The notes under the pieces: generated by a model | Seen by the model: only the letters and a program-made list of their open reading frames with translations | Database searches by the model: none | Told to the model about the DNA's origin: nothing | NCBI GenBank assembly: GCA_964270895.1 | Contig: OZ185436.1 | DNA from: Podarcis filfolensis | Lineage: Eukaryota | Length of the DNA: 64,000 nt | Reading direction: 5' to 3' (one strand) | Position numbers and translations under genes: made by a program | In this document: piece after piece, positions 49,201 to 62,295 of the stretch | Position numbering within the stretch: the first letter of the stretch is position 1 | How the letters are laid out: the number at the start of each line of letters is the position of its first letter

Positions 49201-52200
49201 TCCCAATAGTCTGTATAACCAGGCAAGGACATGATCAGGACAAGTGCAGAAAAGGACCGTCCAGTAAAATACAACTGACTGGAAATTGCTGGTAAGGTTT
49301 TTTCTCACAGCTGGAAATTTGTTCTCCCAACTTCCATTACAGATCTTGAGTAATATATGAAGATTGTAAACCACTCAGAAATAGATTTTCAAACCTACAA
49401 CTACACAGGTGGATTCAGTGGCAATTTTCAAAGTTAAGGACACTGCGCCAACATCCATGAACCAGTATGATGTTTAATCTCCAATAACTCTTCATTTTAG
49501 TATGCAGCCACAAAGGTTATGTGAGGGAAGAACTTCTTAAAAGAATTTTTAGCTCAGTATTTCCTAGATAGTCTGGAATTCAGCATGATAATTTTAAAGT
49601 GTGCAACTATAACCTTCTCTTTTATTCAGGTAGTATTCTAGCAGAACTTATAAACAGTCACATTTTACCAGTAGATTCACAATTTAAAAATTACTAAAAT
49701 CCATTTTAAGTTGTCTTAATGTAAGCCATAGTTAACTACCCCATTCCCAACTTCTTCAGCGTTGGCAGTTTTTCTATTCATTCCTTAAACTTATAGCTTC
49801 TTTAATCATAAGCATGTCTTGGGCTCCTCCTCACAGCTTCTGAGAAACTTTTCTATGTTCAGGAGATGATCTACTGTGCTAATATTTCTTTGGGGAGCTG
49901 AAACCCAATAGAAAAATCGTTAACAGCCATGTGTGGGTGGAAAAATCTCCTGATTGTTTGTGGAGATATTTGGAACTAGCTTTTAATATGCTATATTCCC
50001 TTCTGGGATTGTGCAACAAGTAAGATAGACTAATGACACACTATAATTCCTTTCACCTCTGCAGAAAGTAAATATTCTTATAATCTAGGTCAGAAGATTT
50101 GGGGCAATCGTTTCATGCCTTTCAAGACTACCACCTACAAAACTTTTAGTCTGAGTAGAGATTGGAAGTTTTCAGGTTTTCTATCATTTGCCCTCTCTAC
50201 TCTTCTGCACATTTGCATGTTGCACACCTGAAGTCACTATTAATCAGAAAGTTGGCAGCAACCCACAAGCCCACTGTCTGTTGGTCTAAATTAGTCACTT
50301 AATTCTGACTCTCCTCAATATTAAACTACTACACTTCAAAGGACTAAAAAACAAACACCCTTTGCATAACAAATATAGCTGGTGTGCATTTTAAAATATG
50401 CAGCCAGTTCATAGGCCTTAGCATTAGAGGTCAGGTATGATACAAGGGATATGGGATACCTAGGTATTATTAGCAGTACTGATAGAAGTCTTCCCTCAGA
50501 AATAAGTTAGATGGTTTCAATTTACAATTTTAATCTTCTGGGTTTAACTCCGCCCTTCAGAATTAAGTTTGACAGAATCTGCTGGAGGAACCATCACCAA
50601 GACAGTTACACAGCTATGACATTTGTTTTTTGAGAATGTGCTTTCCGTTGTTCAGAAATTAACACAACTAAAGTAACTCAAGACTTGACAAACCGCATTA
50701 AAAACAAAAATCTACTTAAGTGTACGAAAACATTTCAAAATTGTTTTATTAATGAAATTACCTTAAATGTGTTGATTATACGTAAGACAAAACTTGAACT
50801 CTGCGCTAATCTGAAACCAAAAATAATAATTAAGGCAAAAGCTATTCTGAACAAAAGCATCTATATGTACTAACATTAGGAGAAAAGCATTTACTCTACA
50901 GTAAAAGCTTTGAAGTAATATTTCTACGCTCCTGTGGATAGTAGAGGGTACAGGATAAGAGTCAACATCACTTGTACGACTCATTGTTCTGCAATAACCC
51001 ATGCTTGACTTGACATTATGCAGTTAGAGACTATAGACCACTAGCTCCAGGCACACTGGCATTTAATATATACAGTAGTTTATCATCTTCACTCAGTGAG
51101 GAAAAACTGCAGAGGCACAAGCCCAGTGGTATCAAAGAAAAAAGAAAAAAGCTTTATTTAGTTCAGGTGACAGTCTTCCAGTTTTCAATTACAAATTTAA
51201 ATTGATAGTATAATGCTGACCAAAACTTAGCAATTGGCCCACTGGGTTTCTCTTTTGAAATTAAGGAGGCAACCTCTTGACTGTACTATAATTAAGGTTA
51301 CTGAAAGGGAAGAAGAAAAATCCCTCCACTGAAATGTAAATATACAGAAGGAGTGACCTAAATTCATCATTACCACTCACTGGGCCTGGCCTTGAATACT
51401 ATGGAATTAGCAGTATATGTATACTGCAGACACAGACATTTAATAAGTTAAATATGGTAGAAAACACCATACGTTAGATCTTTTAAGCATCAGAGTCTGG
51501 TAGTGGTTTAGTACATAGAAGCCTTCATTTAAAGATTTTACCTTTTCCAGAAAGTCGTCCCCCACCCCCAAGTTTCAGACTTTCAACGATATTGCAACAC
51601 AAGAACTAGTGTTCCAACTGCTCCTTGCCCAAGTGCATTGCCACTGCCTTTCCCATTACTACCAATGTGAAAAACAAAGGGAAGCCTACTAAGTAATCAC
51701 CAAAGCAGCAGGTAGCACAATATTTATGTCCAAATTAAGGCTGACTCCCAGTGGTATGCACATCACTGGCTTACAGCTAACTGTGTGAACACTTCCATTG
51801 AAGAGCACGGTCTGAGGTGCAATTTCTATAACTGTACATGTGCATGTCATCATGAGATGTTGCAGTTAAAGTGATGTCACCCTTCAATACCCCTCCCCTT
51901 ACTGTTCACATTCAGAATCCCCCCTTTCTCACCCACAAAAAGAAAACTGTCTAGAAAGGTAATATTGAGAGAAGAGCTTGTTATTGTGTTGTTAGACGCT
52001 ACAATTCTATTAGCTTTCTTACTCTGATAGCTCTTAACACATTACTTCAGCACAGCCTTTACTTTGCTCCTGCTGCACTTAGCTTTTCCTCAAGAAGCAG
52101 TGCACATCTCGGTTTCCCTTCTCAACTGAGCAATACTTTCAAGCAAGTTTCCTTAGTTCTACCTAAAAGCGTCCCTGCACCTCAACTGGTTACTTAAATA

Positions 52201-55200
52201 TACTTGGTGGTGCATATTCACACAGAATATACTGACTCACTTTCTAGTCTGAACTGAACTTGTGAGACATACTCCAGTTATAGTGTACAACCTTTATTAA
52301 ACCCTACAAATTTCTTGGAGGTAAACCAGCTACTTTCAAATCACATCGGAGTGGCTATTGTATAGGACCTAAAAGGGGTTAAACACAAACACCGTATCTA
52401 AGATTTTGTATCTAGGATACTGATGTCCCCATAGACAAAAAGGTTTTTTGTTTAGCAAACCAGGCTTCCTATGTTTCCATGACCATCTTTGTCTGGCTAC
52501 ATTCGTATTGTTCTACAGAGGGTACTGAGCCAAACTAAATACTAGCAAAATCAGAAGTGAAACTAAATACTCCTCCAAAGGTGCATACATTTTGTTACAT
52601 TAAGGGGATTCAGCTCCAGTCTGCAGTAGTAGTTTGGAGATGGAAGTTTACCAGTCGAAACAATTACTAGTCGAGAAACAAAGCAAAACAAGATGAAAAA
52701 ATACTGTCGAAGCCAACTCTTCGTGGCCACAGTAGTGTCTAGGTGTTTTAGGAGTTGGGTTTGATAGAAATTTCATCTGCATACACAATGCAAAGTTGAA
52801 TACAAACATAAAACTACTTCTTGCACTGCCTTTCTATGTACCTGAATGAAGGTAAACTGACAATTGTGACAATTCCACTACCTAAATATATTAACGGAAT
52901 CCTTTCATTCTAAAATTACAGTAAACCACAAGCCTGTGGCTGTGATGAACTAAGCAATATTGAACTAAACAGAATCTTCAAAACTATATAGGTAGATATG
53001 AAACTTTCCATATTATACTTTTTAATAAGTGGCTTTTGGTACAGTGCTTATTTAATAGATTAACTCTTTGCTTACAATGTTTATAGATAACATAAAAAAC
53101 CAAGACTATTATTTTATTAAAATACAAACTCAAATAGTGTATAATTTCCTATTTACAATGTCCTTCAAATAAAAACCATCAACTTATTTATAGACTGGAA
53201 CAAAGAAAAAATTGCTTTTTCATTTCCTAGTTCATTTTTCATCTTTGACTGCCGAATTTCAAATGAAGCCAATAGCACTCTCTCCACCTGCTGAGGCGGC
53301 TTTGCTGTGAAAAGCTGGCTTAGTTCTTGGGGAGGGGGGACTTGTGTCTCCAGACGCTTAACAAAAGCTTTCACCAGTTCACTGGAGTGAGTGGCCTTCT
53401 TTAAAAAAGTTAAGGAACAGGTATGTATACCTTGAATAGCCAACCTCTAGCGCTGAGGTTACAGGCGAGTTTACTGAAGAAAGCTTATGTCACAATGTCT
53501 TATTCATCAGTCAGGCATCTAACCTGCATTCCGGGTTAAAATATAGGCAAGGAAGATTAAGTTAATTTAATGCTTGATTTATATTGAAACTGAATTCTGT
53601 TGGCACATTTTTCTTCAAGATCGTGGTCTTCTTTCCAAATTTTTGACAGCATCAGTAATCTTTGTGTAACACAAGTGATGAATTAGATTTCAAGATTCCA
53701 AGCAGTCTACCTTTTTTTTACTTCAGGAAATGATGAAAAGTTGCTAATTCCATCTGCATGGTGATTGTTTTCTTCAAAATGTTCATTAGAATAGGCCAGT
53801 TCAGAAACAAACTGTGCAAAAGGTCAGAGGAGCTGACGTCAGCTGTATCTTAGGGAAGAATTAGTTTAAATCCACCTGCTCTCTTCATTAAAGTCAAAGC
53901 AAGTTGGCTGTAGAAGTATTTTGAAATTTCAGTGTTTTCTTCATCTCAGACACTCTTCTCTTTCATCAACAGCCTGAACCTATGCATATTTGCTCAGAAG
54001 CCCTACTGTATTCAATGTGGCTTATTTCCAGTAAGCTAAAAGATCCATTAAATAAAACCTGTGGAATTTCATGTTTCCTCCATCATGCAGATCTTATGCA
54101 CTGTACATTTGCTGCAAACTCTTAAGTTTTCACCCCTGCCTCTCCCAAGTTGAGTTCCTAACATCAGATATTCTGAAAAATAAATCCAACATCTGCTTTC
54201 AGCTGAAGAGCTTTTTGCTGAATCATTATGTTGCTCCACCCAGTAAGACAAGCTAGCAAGTTTCCAATCTTGTTTTTTTTTTGTTTTTTTGCATACTACT
54301 CACACTCATATTCAGTAACTTTTCAGCAATGGCTATTTTGACTTATGAAATAAAAGCCTGGTCATAATTACTGACCTGTGCCAATAAAGATTTTATTCTG
54401 ATCACCCACAAAAGGGTTAGATGCACTAACAAACAGAGCATTTTTCATCAACTACTATTATGAAATCATCCATGGTTCCAATTGGATGAAGATATCTTGT
54501 TTGAAGCATGCAGTTTATTGTCCAATATGTATTTAAGTTGCAGCACTGCTGGTTTTGGTGGCACCAGCAGATGACTATGAAGCTGTAGATGTTGCAAACG
54601 GATAGTTATAACCTCTTATATGGACCCTGAAACAAAAACAATGAAAAGTCAACTTCTGTAATTGAGTACACTTGCTTTAATTGTAAAATTTGCCAGACCC
54701 ATTCTTTAAAACACACACACAGGTCCATAGAGGTGGGATATGCTTAAAGCACGTAGGAATTGTGTTTATGGGAAACTATTACATTCTGCGGAGCTGTTTT
54801 GCTCTAAAACAAGGAATGTTTGCTATGAATACGGGATGTGACCATCCTTTAGGACAACAATGTTTGCATTCATAAATTCTTATTCAGAGGCTTGGTCTGC
54901 TGTGGATGTCACTTCAAAATATTTACAAGGAAAAAGCCAAATATAAGCTCATATTTAACAATGTGTCAGCCCTCTCAAAAGCAAATTAAATAGTGATTTT
55001 TTTTCACTATGGCATAACAAGTGTTGCACAATCTTCAACCAGAGTATTTGCTTATGCCGAACAATCAATAATATCAGAAGTCCTACAGCAGCAGCAAGAG
55101 TGCAATTAACATATTCCCATAAATTCAGTAATTAATTGTACATTGAAACTCCAAAATAATCCACCCCAATATGCTCTGCTTATATTAGCACAGCAATATG

Positions 55201-57476
55201 TGGGTACAATAAATAAGAAAAGTGCAAAAAAGTTTACTAACCAGTTGATCCAGAGTGTTCACATAGGTCCACATCATTTGAAGTCATTTCTTCTTGAGAA
55301 GCATTTCTTACAACATTTCATTCTGAAAACCAGGCCTTGCTTCTTTGTCCCACTGTTTCCATTTAATACACCTCCCCCCTGATTATTTTGTTTAACACTG
55401 GAAGAATTTATTTTCCAATAAGAGCCTTCTATTTGCCAGAAAGTCGTGTAACAGCTAATTGTGACCAACCCTAGATGCTAAGAAGAGCAAACAAAGCTGT
55501 CCTTTCCCTACCTGCCTTGAGTTTCTTCTCTGTGTTGCATCCACTCCTCTGCCCCACCTCAGAATAACAAAATAGCCAGCAATCTCAAGTTTTGTTCAAC
55601 TCACATTCCTCTGGCCCTACAGAATTATTTGTACTTGGTGGAGAAATGCGAAATTAGTGCTTTCTGCTGTCTTGTCTCCCTCTCCTCATGTAAAGGCACT
55701 GATCAAGATTATCTACTTTAAGATTAAGCAGACTTTTCAGAGGCATTTGCTTATTACTGGACAGACTATTTTTTCCATTTTATGAAAAGTAGTAATTCAA
55801 GTTCAGCTGGTAAGAGTAATAATGTTTACCATTTGTGAATTGAGCAAATTGCAGTATTCAAGGACTTGAGACTACAAAATAGGACTTACAAGGCAACTCA
55901 AGTGAACTCAGTGGATGAATATGGTAAAACATAGGTTGTTTGTCTGCTAAAGCCAAGAACTGGATGCTCAAATCTATGAAGACTTGTAGTCCCTTTAGCC
56001 CAGACCTCTTTGTTCCATTCTATTATCTTTTGACCATGTCTGCCCCATGGATACCAGGATGCAAACCAATTTCAGCAGGTAACTTCACTTTATTCCATGT
56101 TAAGTACAGGTAGGTACAATCATCACAGTCTTGTCTCAGATTGCTTCACTGAAGGCTTCTCTTCTCTTCAGACACCCCAGTTTCTGGCATTTTTGGAGAC
56201 TCTGCTTCTCAAGAAGAGTGAAGTCTTCACTAACTCATAGACCTTCATTGTCCCCCTTCCCCCTTTAACACCTTATTCAGAAGACAATAGTGAATGGCTA
56301 CACTTCAAATGTGTTAAGCGCACAATAAAATTTGAGAGATTTTCTACTATTTCCTTCAGTGCATTGTGAGCTCTACCTCATTCTTTCTTGTCTGGAATAG
56401 GTGTATTCCACCCCCCACCCCCACCAGGATTGTTTTTCAGACTCTTTATTCAAGGACTGGCATGATGGTCCCCTATGACAGGTACAACCCTATCCATTCC
56501 CACCACAGGTTAGCAGTAGGCTCAGCTCCTAGCTATCTTACTGTCCACCTTCCTGCTGTAAAATGGGTTCCGTTTAAACCTGAATTACTGCAGATGTGGC
56601 ATCCACCATTTGCAATTCTGTAGTTGTCACCTCATGAAGCTGCCTCATGAAGTGCATCACCCTGAGAGATCTTGGAACCCCCATTCTAGGAAGGAGCAGA
56701 GTGAGCTCCTTTGTGGGTAACAAGCCAACCTGATAGAGGACATGGCTCACCTATAGCCACAAAAGCCCAGGATATACAGTACTGGGCTATATTTATTAGG
56801 CTTTGGACAGAAGTTCTCCCATGGTTTGGTCTTCATAGAAAACCAGTTTAAGAGGTGTCAGTGTTGAAAACATATTAAATTCAGTTTTCATTTGATTCCA
56901 CATTTTGATAAAAGCAAAAACTTAACATAATGGACAGTTACAATTCAATTTAAATTAAAGAGTCCCCTTATTAGTTCACCCCACAGGATAATCCATGCCT
57001 GGATTTGTAACTGAAGATGGAAAATTAACACTATCTATGCCAAGGAATAAAAATCCATCACACAAGTGCTTTAGGCAGAACTCCAAATGAGATCATGCCT
57101 ACTTTTCCATCTTCATTTTGGATGCAAGAATAAAGGTACCCGCACCAAAGCTTCTAAACGCTGACCCAATAGAAAAAGGAAACAGAAGGCTTTCCTCTTA
57201 AAAAGTGTTAGGTCTAGGATTTTGGATCATACTCTTTGTCATGTTCCCAACACCAAGCCAGTTTTGAAGAGGGGTTAATGCGGGAGCAGAAGATGCAGTG
57301 GTTAAAATGACCCAACATCCCCAAAGAAATGATATGAAAAACAAGGACACTTGGTTTAAAGTTAGTAGTCAAATTTTCCAAGGACGTCCGTTTTCTTTAA
57401 TACTAAATAGCCAAATGTATGTTTTTAATGGCCTCCTTGATCTAACACTTAACTTCACCGACATCCAAATTAGTGT

Positions 57477-57648
57477 NNNNNNNNNNNNNNNNNNNNNNNN
57501 NNNNNNNNNNNNNNNNNNNNNNNNNNNNNNNNNNNNNNNNNNNNNNNNNNNNNNNNNNNNNNNNNNNNNNNNNNNNNNNNNNNNNNNNNNNNNNNNNNNN
57601 NNNNNNNNNNNNNNNNNNNNNNNNNNNNNNNNNNNNNNNNNNNNNNNN
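57477..57648. other. Assembly gap (172 N)
   Basis: Run of N in the sequence. Confidence 1.
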
Positions 57649-57670
57649 GTCATATTGGTGATTCAGAGTC
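57649..57670 (-). CDS. CSNK1A1: CK1-alpha penultimate coding exon, visible 5' 22 nt only (TLNHQYD..)
   Basis: tttctttttctgttcactag|G ACT CTG AAT CAC CAA TAT GAC; completes the Arg codon of the previous exon, then runs into the N gap. Confidence 0.95.
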
Positions 57671-58794
57671 CTAGTGAACAGAAAAAGAAAAAGAAAGCAG
57701 AATATTCACTGCAATGCAATACCTACATTACTGTTATATAGCACACAAATTTTACTGAAGCCTAAAATTAATAATGCTTTGTAAAACACTTGAAGATTGA
57801 GTAGTGTGGTGGATTAATAATTAAAAACCTGTTCGCAGCAAGTCTGAAAGCCACTTAGCAGTCATTTACAAAGTATTGGCCAAGATCCAAAGAGCCCCAT
57901 ACATAAAGTGTAAAGCACTTCACATGCTAGTGTGGGAGGAAATAATTTATCTCTGCACCCAGTTCCCTTCCTCCATCTGGCTACCTATCCATGCTCTGAG
58001 GCAACCACCCGAAGCTTTTTGGAGTACTCAAAAAAATTGCATGATTGTGCAGATCATCACATGTGACACTTGGGATCTTGGTCATTTTCTATTATAATAG
58101 TCTGTATTAAAGCTGTAATCCATTTTGAGTAATTCAACATTTATAAACAGTAAGGACAGCTTACATTGTAATTAATGTACAACTTACACATACAAACCAG
58201 CTTGAACCTTGGGTAGTAACATGAAATTTCAGATACAAAACCATTTTAGTATACAAGGACCATTCCCCTTCCTAGTATGTCCATATTCTTTCTAAAACAC
58301 AAGGCCTACGTTCATCCAACCAGCTTGTAAATTTGGGGCAAATTTTGCTTACAACCCCATTGCCCTGGGAAATGTGACATCATGAACTGTGTTTTATTGC
58401 AGCCATATATCTTTAAATGTTGCTTGGATTTCCACTCTTGACAAATCAAGTTAACTGAAGTGGTCAATGAAATAAAGGTAGTTTCTTCTGCTGAAATACT
58501 AGATTTGATCTTTTGCAGATAATTCATGCATTTACTCAATTTAAAAAACAAAACAAAAACTGACTCTGATCTGGGTGAGTGTTTGAAGATAACGCATGTT
58601 ATATTTGTTTTCAGTGCTGCTGGTGACAGGCTAATCCTCAACCAGATGAAGAGATTAAGGCTATCCTGGTGAGGGCTACGGGTTTCTGTTAAAGCTGATA
58701 AAAAGTCAGCAGAACTTTTTTTTCTAGTTCTAAGCACTTGCTAGTTTATTACTGTTATGCTCAAAGGTTTTGTGGTACCCTCAGCCCCACTGAC

Positions 58795-58901
58795 CTGAAA
58801 AGGATACGGAATAACTGCCTCAGATACATGTAGTCAGGAGCCTCTTCAAAGCGCAAGCCACGACAGTAGTTCAGATACATTGCAAATTCTGCAGGAAAAC
58901 C
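58795..58901 (-). CDS. CSNK1A1: CK1-alpha exon, 107 nt ([36 protein letters not shown])
   Basis: tttgcag|GGT..TTC AG|gtcagt; the peptide is the CK1-alpha kinase C-lobe. Confidence 0.99.
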
Positions 58902-59115
58902 CTGCAAACAGAAGTAGTCAAACAGTGACTTACAGAAAAGATTCTCGTAGGTGTTAAATGCAAGACATCAGTTCTGGATTATTGCAAGTTTTGTTTTTTA
59001 AGAGCGGGAACACAAAGAATTTATATTGTGTCTAAGAGTTCTTGGCTACTTTACTAATGAAAAGATAGCTCCTTGCCAAAGCAGTTTACGTTCTTAACAA
59101 CAGCTTTTCTCTCAC

Positions 59116-59190
59116 CTTACACAAAACTTCAACAGGAGTAGACATCTTCTTTTCACTAATCTTTTCATATTTCTGTTTCTTTGTTGCAGC
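59116..59190 (-). CDS. CSNK1A1: CK1-alpha exon, 75 nt ([25 protein letters not shown])
   Basis: cccacag|GCT..AAG|gtgaga; phase 0/0. Confidence 0.99.
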
Positions 59191-59290
59191 CTGTGGGACA
59201 CATGGATAAATATATGTGACACAAGGACAGCTGCAAATATCAGATGGACATTACCTTGATGGCCAAGGCTTTATATGAAATCTCCAAGTA

Positions 59291-59499
59291 AAGTGGTACC
59301 TTGGGTTACATACGCTTCAGGTTACAGACTCTGCTAACCCAGAAATATTACCTCGGGTTAAGAACGTTGTTTCAGGTTGAGAACAGAAATCATGCAGCGG
59401 CAGCACGGCGGCAGCAGGAGGCCCCATTAGCTGAAGTGGTGCTTCAGGTTAAGAACAGACCTCCAGAATGAATTAAGTTCTTAACACGAGGTACCACGA
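59291..59499. mobile_element. Tigger/pogo-type MITE subfamily A, inside a CSNK1A1 intron
   Basis: TA|AAGTGGTACCTTGGGTTA ... TAACACGAGGTACCACGA|TA; internal sequence shared with 13636-13869. Confidence 0.85.
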
Positions 59500-59810
59500 T
59501 ACCACAATATATTGCAAAGAAAATGAAGGTCAATCTGGTATTAAGTTTTGAATGCAGCTGAATGCCATTTATTGCAGTCTAATGCCTACATCATATGGTT
59601 ATTGTGGTGGCTGCATTTGGTACTTTTACCCATTAAGCATACTGTGTTTGTTTTATTCAAGATACGTGGATAAAACATTTGACACCATGGAGTTATGAGG
59701 ACTTCTTAACAATTGAGCCAAGTATACAATACTATGTGTAGTAGTGTTCTCTACTACACTAGTGGGATTGGGGGGAGAATATAAACCTTAAGTAAAATTT
59801 CATGACATAC

Positions 59811-59889
59811 CTTTAATCCTTGCCACGGCAGGCTGGTTCTGTTAAAGTACATCAATACATATCCTAATGACTCCATATCATCACGACGA
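59811..59889 (-). CDS. CSNK1A1: CK1-alpha exon, 79 nt ([27 protein letters not shown])
   Basis: cttcctccacag|T CGT CGT GAT..AAG|gtatgt; contains the CK1 SRRDD and LPWQGL motifs. Confidence 0.99.
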
Positions 59890-60605
59890 CTGTGGAGGAA
59901 GAGGCAGGGTTTTTTTTAGTTTATGCTTAAAAGGTATAAAAGCACTTGCCATCTGAGGACTTAGCATGGTTTGAAAGGAAGCTGGTGGTTAATAAAACAT
60001 ACCAATACATAACCTGAGTTATAAACAAATTTAGTTGTTTGGGTTCAATGAGATTCTACATTTGATTTTGGGAATGAGGACCTAGAAGTCTAGAAACAGA
60101 ATAGTACCACAAGATAGGAATGTGCTCTAAGCAGAGTTTAGCATTTTCAGTGAGTCATGGAAATCTACTTAGATGATATTATTCAACCATCTTTCTAGAA
60201 GCAAGAACTAGGCAACTAAAATTTAAACAACCAAAATAGTTCTAAACATAGTAAGAGCAAGCTCTCCCCATTCAAAACAACTGGCATACATAGAAACCCA
60301 AACACTGGCAGTATAATACTTTACCAAAACTACTGAACAGAATCTGGGTTTGGGGAATTTTACATTGTGTCATCCAGATGGAAAGAAATGGATTGTTTTA
60401 TTCGTAAAACAGGCTTTGACAGATCCTAGTTTACTGAAATTGTTGTGAGGGAATCATTTTAACAAGAAGATACTAAACTGTTGAGAACATTTAATCCACC
60501 TTCATTTCTTAGCTAATTTCTTTAGCTAGAAATTCATTTAGGTTGTGTCCATTCAAGCCATATTTACAGCTTCTAGCATCATTACAGAAATTGCTTGGAC
60601 CTTAC

Positions 60606-60745
60606 CTCTGTTCAATGCCGAGATGTGCATTGATGCTGGCGTATCTGGCTGTGCCAGTGAGATTTTTGTCTTCTCTATATGGTATATGTTGCCTTGTCCT
60701 GTTGTCCCGATACTTTTTGGCCAACCCAAAGTCAATAAGGAATAA
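60606..60745 (-). CDS. CSNK1A1: CK1-alpha exon, 140 nt ([47 protein letters not shown])
   Basis: ttcttttttaaag|TTA..CAG AG|gtaag; contains DFG and the CK1 activation loop / SIN motif. Upstream exons lie beyond 64000. Confidence 0.99.
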
Positions 60746-61442
60746 CTTTAAAAAAGAAAGAAATGGATTTAATGGATTCCAGCCAGTGCTTGGAAACTAC
60801 ACCCATGTCTTTAAAATGCATTTGTTAGAAACGTTGGATCTAACAAAATCAAGTTTAGCTATAATTAAGCCTAAGAGGAGCACTGTCGTATGTATCATAA
60901 CTAATCCAAACAAAGAACACTCATATTCCTAAATCGGCTAAGGAAAAACTTCATACTATACAGAGTGAGAATTAGGTGGCAGATTCTATATGTATTTTAC
61001 CTAGCAGCAAGCCCCATTGAACTGGATGCTTACTTCTGAGTAGACCGGTATATGATTGAGTCATTGGTCTCAAACCTAGGTATTAGGTAAAAAAATTATG
61101 AACTAGGAAAAAGAGAGGCACAATTTTATTCAATTGTGTTCTGGTTTTAGTTTCTCAAATAAATTTGCTTTTCTGCCATTTACTCATTAGCTCACAGCTA
61201 ATCTACTCAAATTTTTCAATTCGCTTCCCTGATGTTTTTGTTATTATTTTCCCAATCAGTCACTAAAAATTATAGCTTAAACTTGAACCTAAGTTCGTTG
61301 GTTTCTTCCACTCTTTCCTTTTGTTTTATCTTTTTAGGCTGTAAACTTGAAGGCAGAAATTATGTTCTTTTTAAAGTCATTTATAAGCTGTTCTGGGTAC
61401 CTTTTTTGCTGAAGAGCGGGATTAATTTTTTTAAAACCACTA

Positions 61443-62091
61443 CCATATTTCACCGCATAATGGTCACCATTGCATAACAGTGGCACCACCCTTTTGGGTA
61501 CCTTAAAATTTGTTCCAAAAGTATTCACCGCATAATAGTAGCAGGGTATAACTCTGATGCGAGCCAAGGGTCGGCACAGCAGGCTCCTGAGGGGGTGAGG
61601 GTGGGAGTCTGGGCCCTTGTTGGCTTGCCAGCTGGAGGAGGCCAGGCAAAGCCAGGCCCAGGCTGCTGTTACTGCCACCAACCTGAGCTTGCGCCCCGGG
61701 GCCACCCCAGCCAAGAAGAGGAAGCAGCGGACCAGCAACCACCTCCACCGCCCACCCGCGATTCCATCCTCCACCTCTGCACGAGCGAATAGCATTGAAA
61801 GGGAATGAGAAACCCAGGAAGAAATAACTTTAATCGACAACTGAAGCCGCCTCCTCTTTTGACCAGAACTTTGCACAGGGAGAAGGCAAGATCTCGAACA
61901 GAAAAGACAATGTCTGTGCCGTTTGCTTTGTGTTGCACCATTGCCCTCTTAAAGAAACCGGAGTCCATAGCATGTTGCTGCTTCTTACCATTATTTCACC
62001 GCGTAAATGTCGCCACAGTGTAATAGTTGCACCCTCCCTTTTTAAAAGAAATATCGGCATAAAAATGTGGCCATTATGTCGTGAAATACGG
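61443..62091. mobile_element. Tc2-like (Tc1-mariner) non-autonomous element with GC-rich core
   Basis: TA|CCATATTTCACCGCATAATGGTCAC ... GTGGCCATTATGTCGTGAAATACGG|TA; subterminal motif TATT(T)CACCGC repeated at ~61446, ~61522 and ~61991. Confidence 0.75.
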
Positions 62092-62295
62092 TAGTTAAGT
62101 ACATCCAAGGTAGAATTCAACATTTGACTACCACAGGATAAACCTCTTACCAACTTTTCTATACCAAAGCAAGATGCAATTCCTGAACTTCGATTCATCT
62201 CATCACAGACATCTCAACTAGTATGTAGGAAAGGCCCTTTATCTACAGGTCTTTTCTGGGGTGTATCCAGAAAAGTGTATCCAATTAAAGAATCT

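Noticed and set aside
61268-61337. Basic frame PKKIKQKERVEETNELRFKFKL after an AG, as a diverged L exon
   Set aside because: It ends in a stop, has no donor at 84 nt and has no similarity to the L insert.
61334-61876. 180-aa ORF as a transposase
   Set aside because: No DDE or HTH motifs; it is the GC-rich core of a non-autonomous element.
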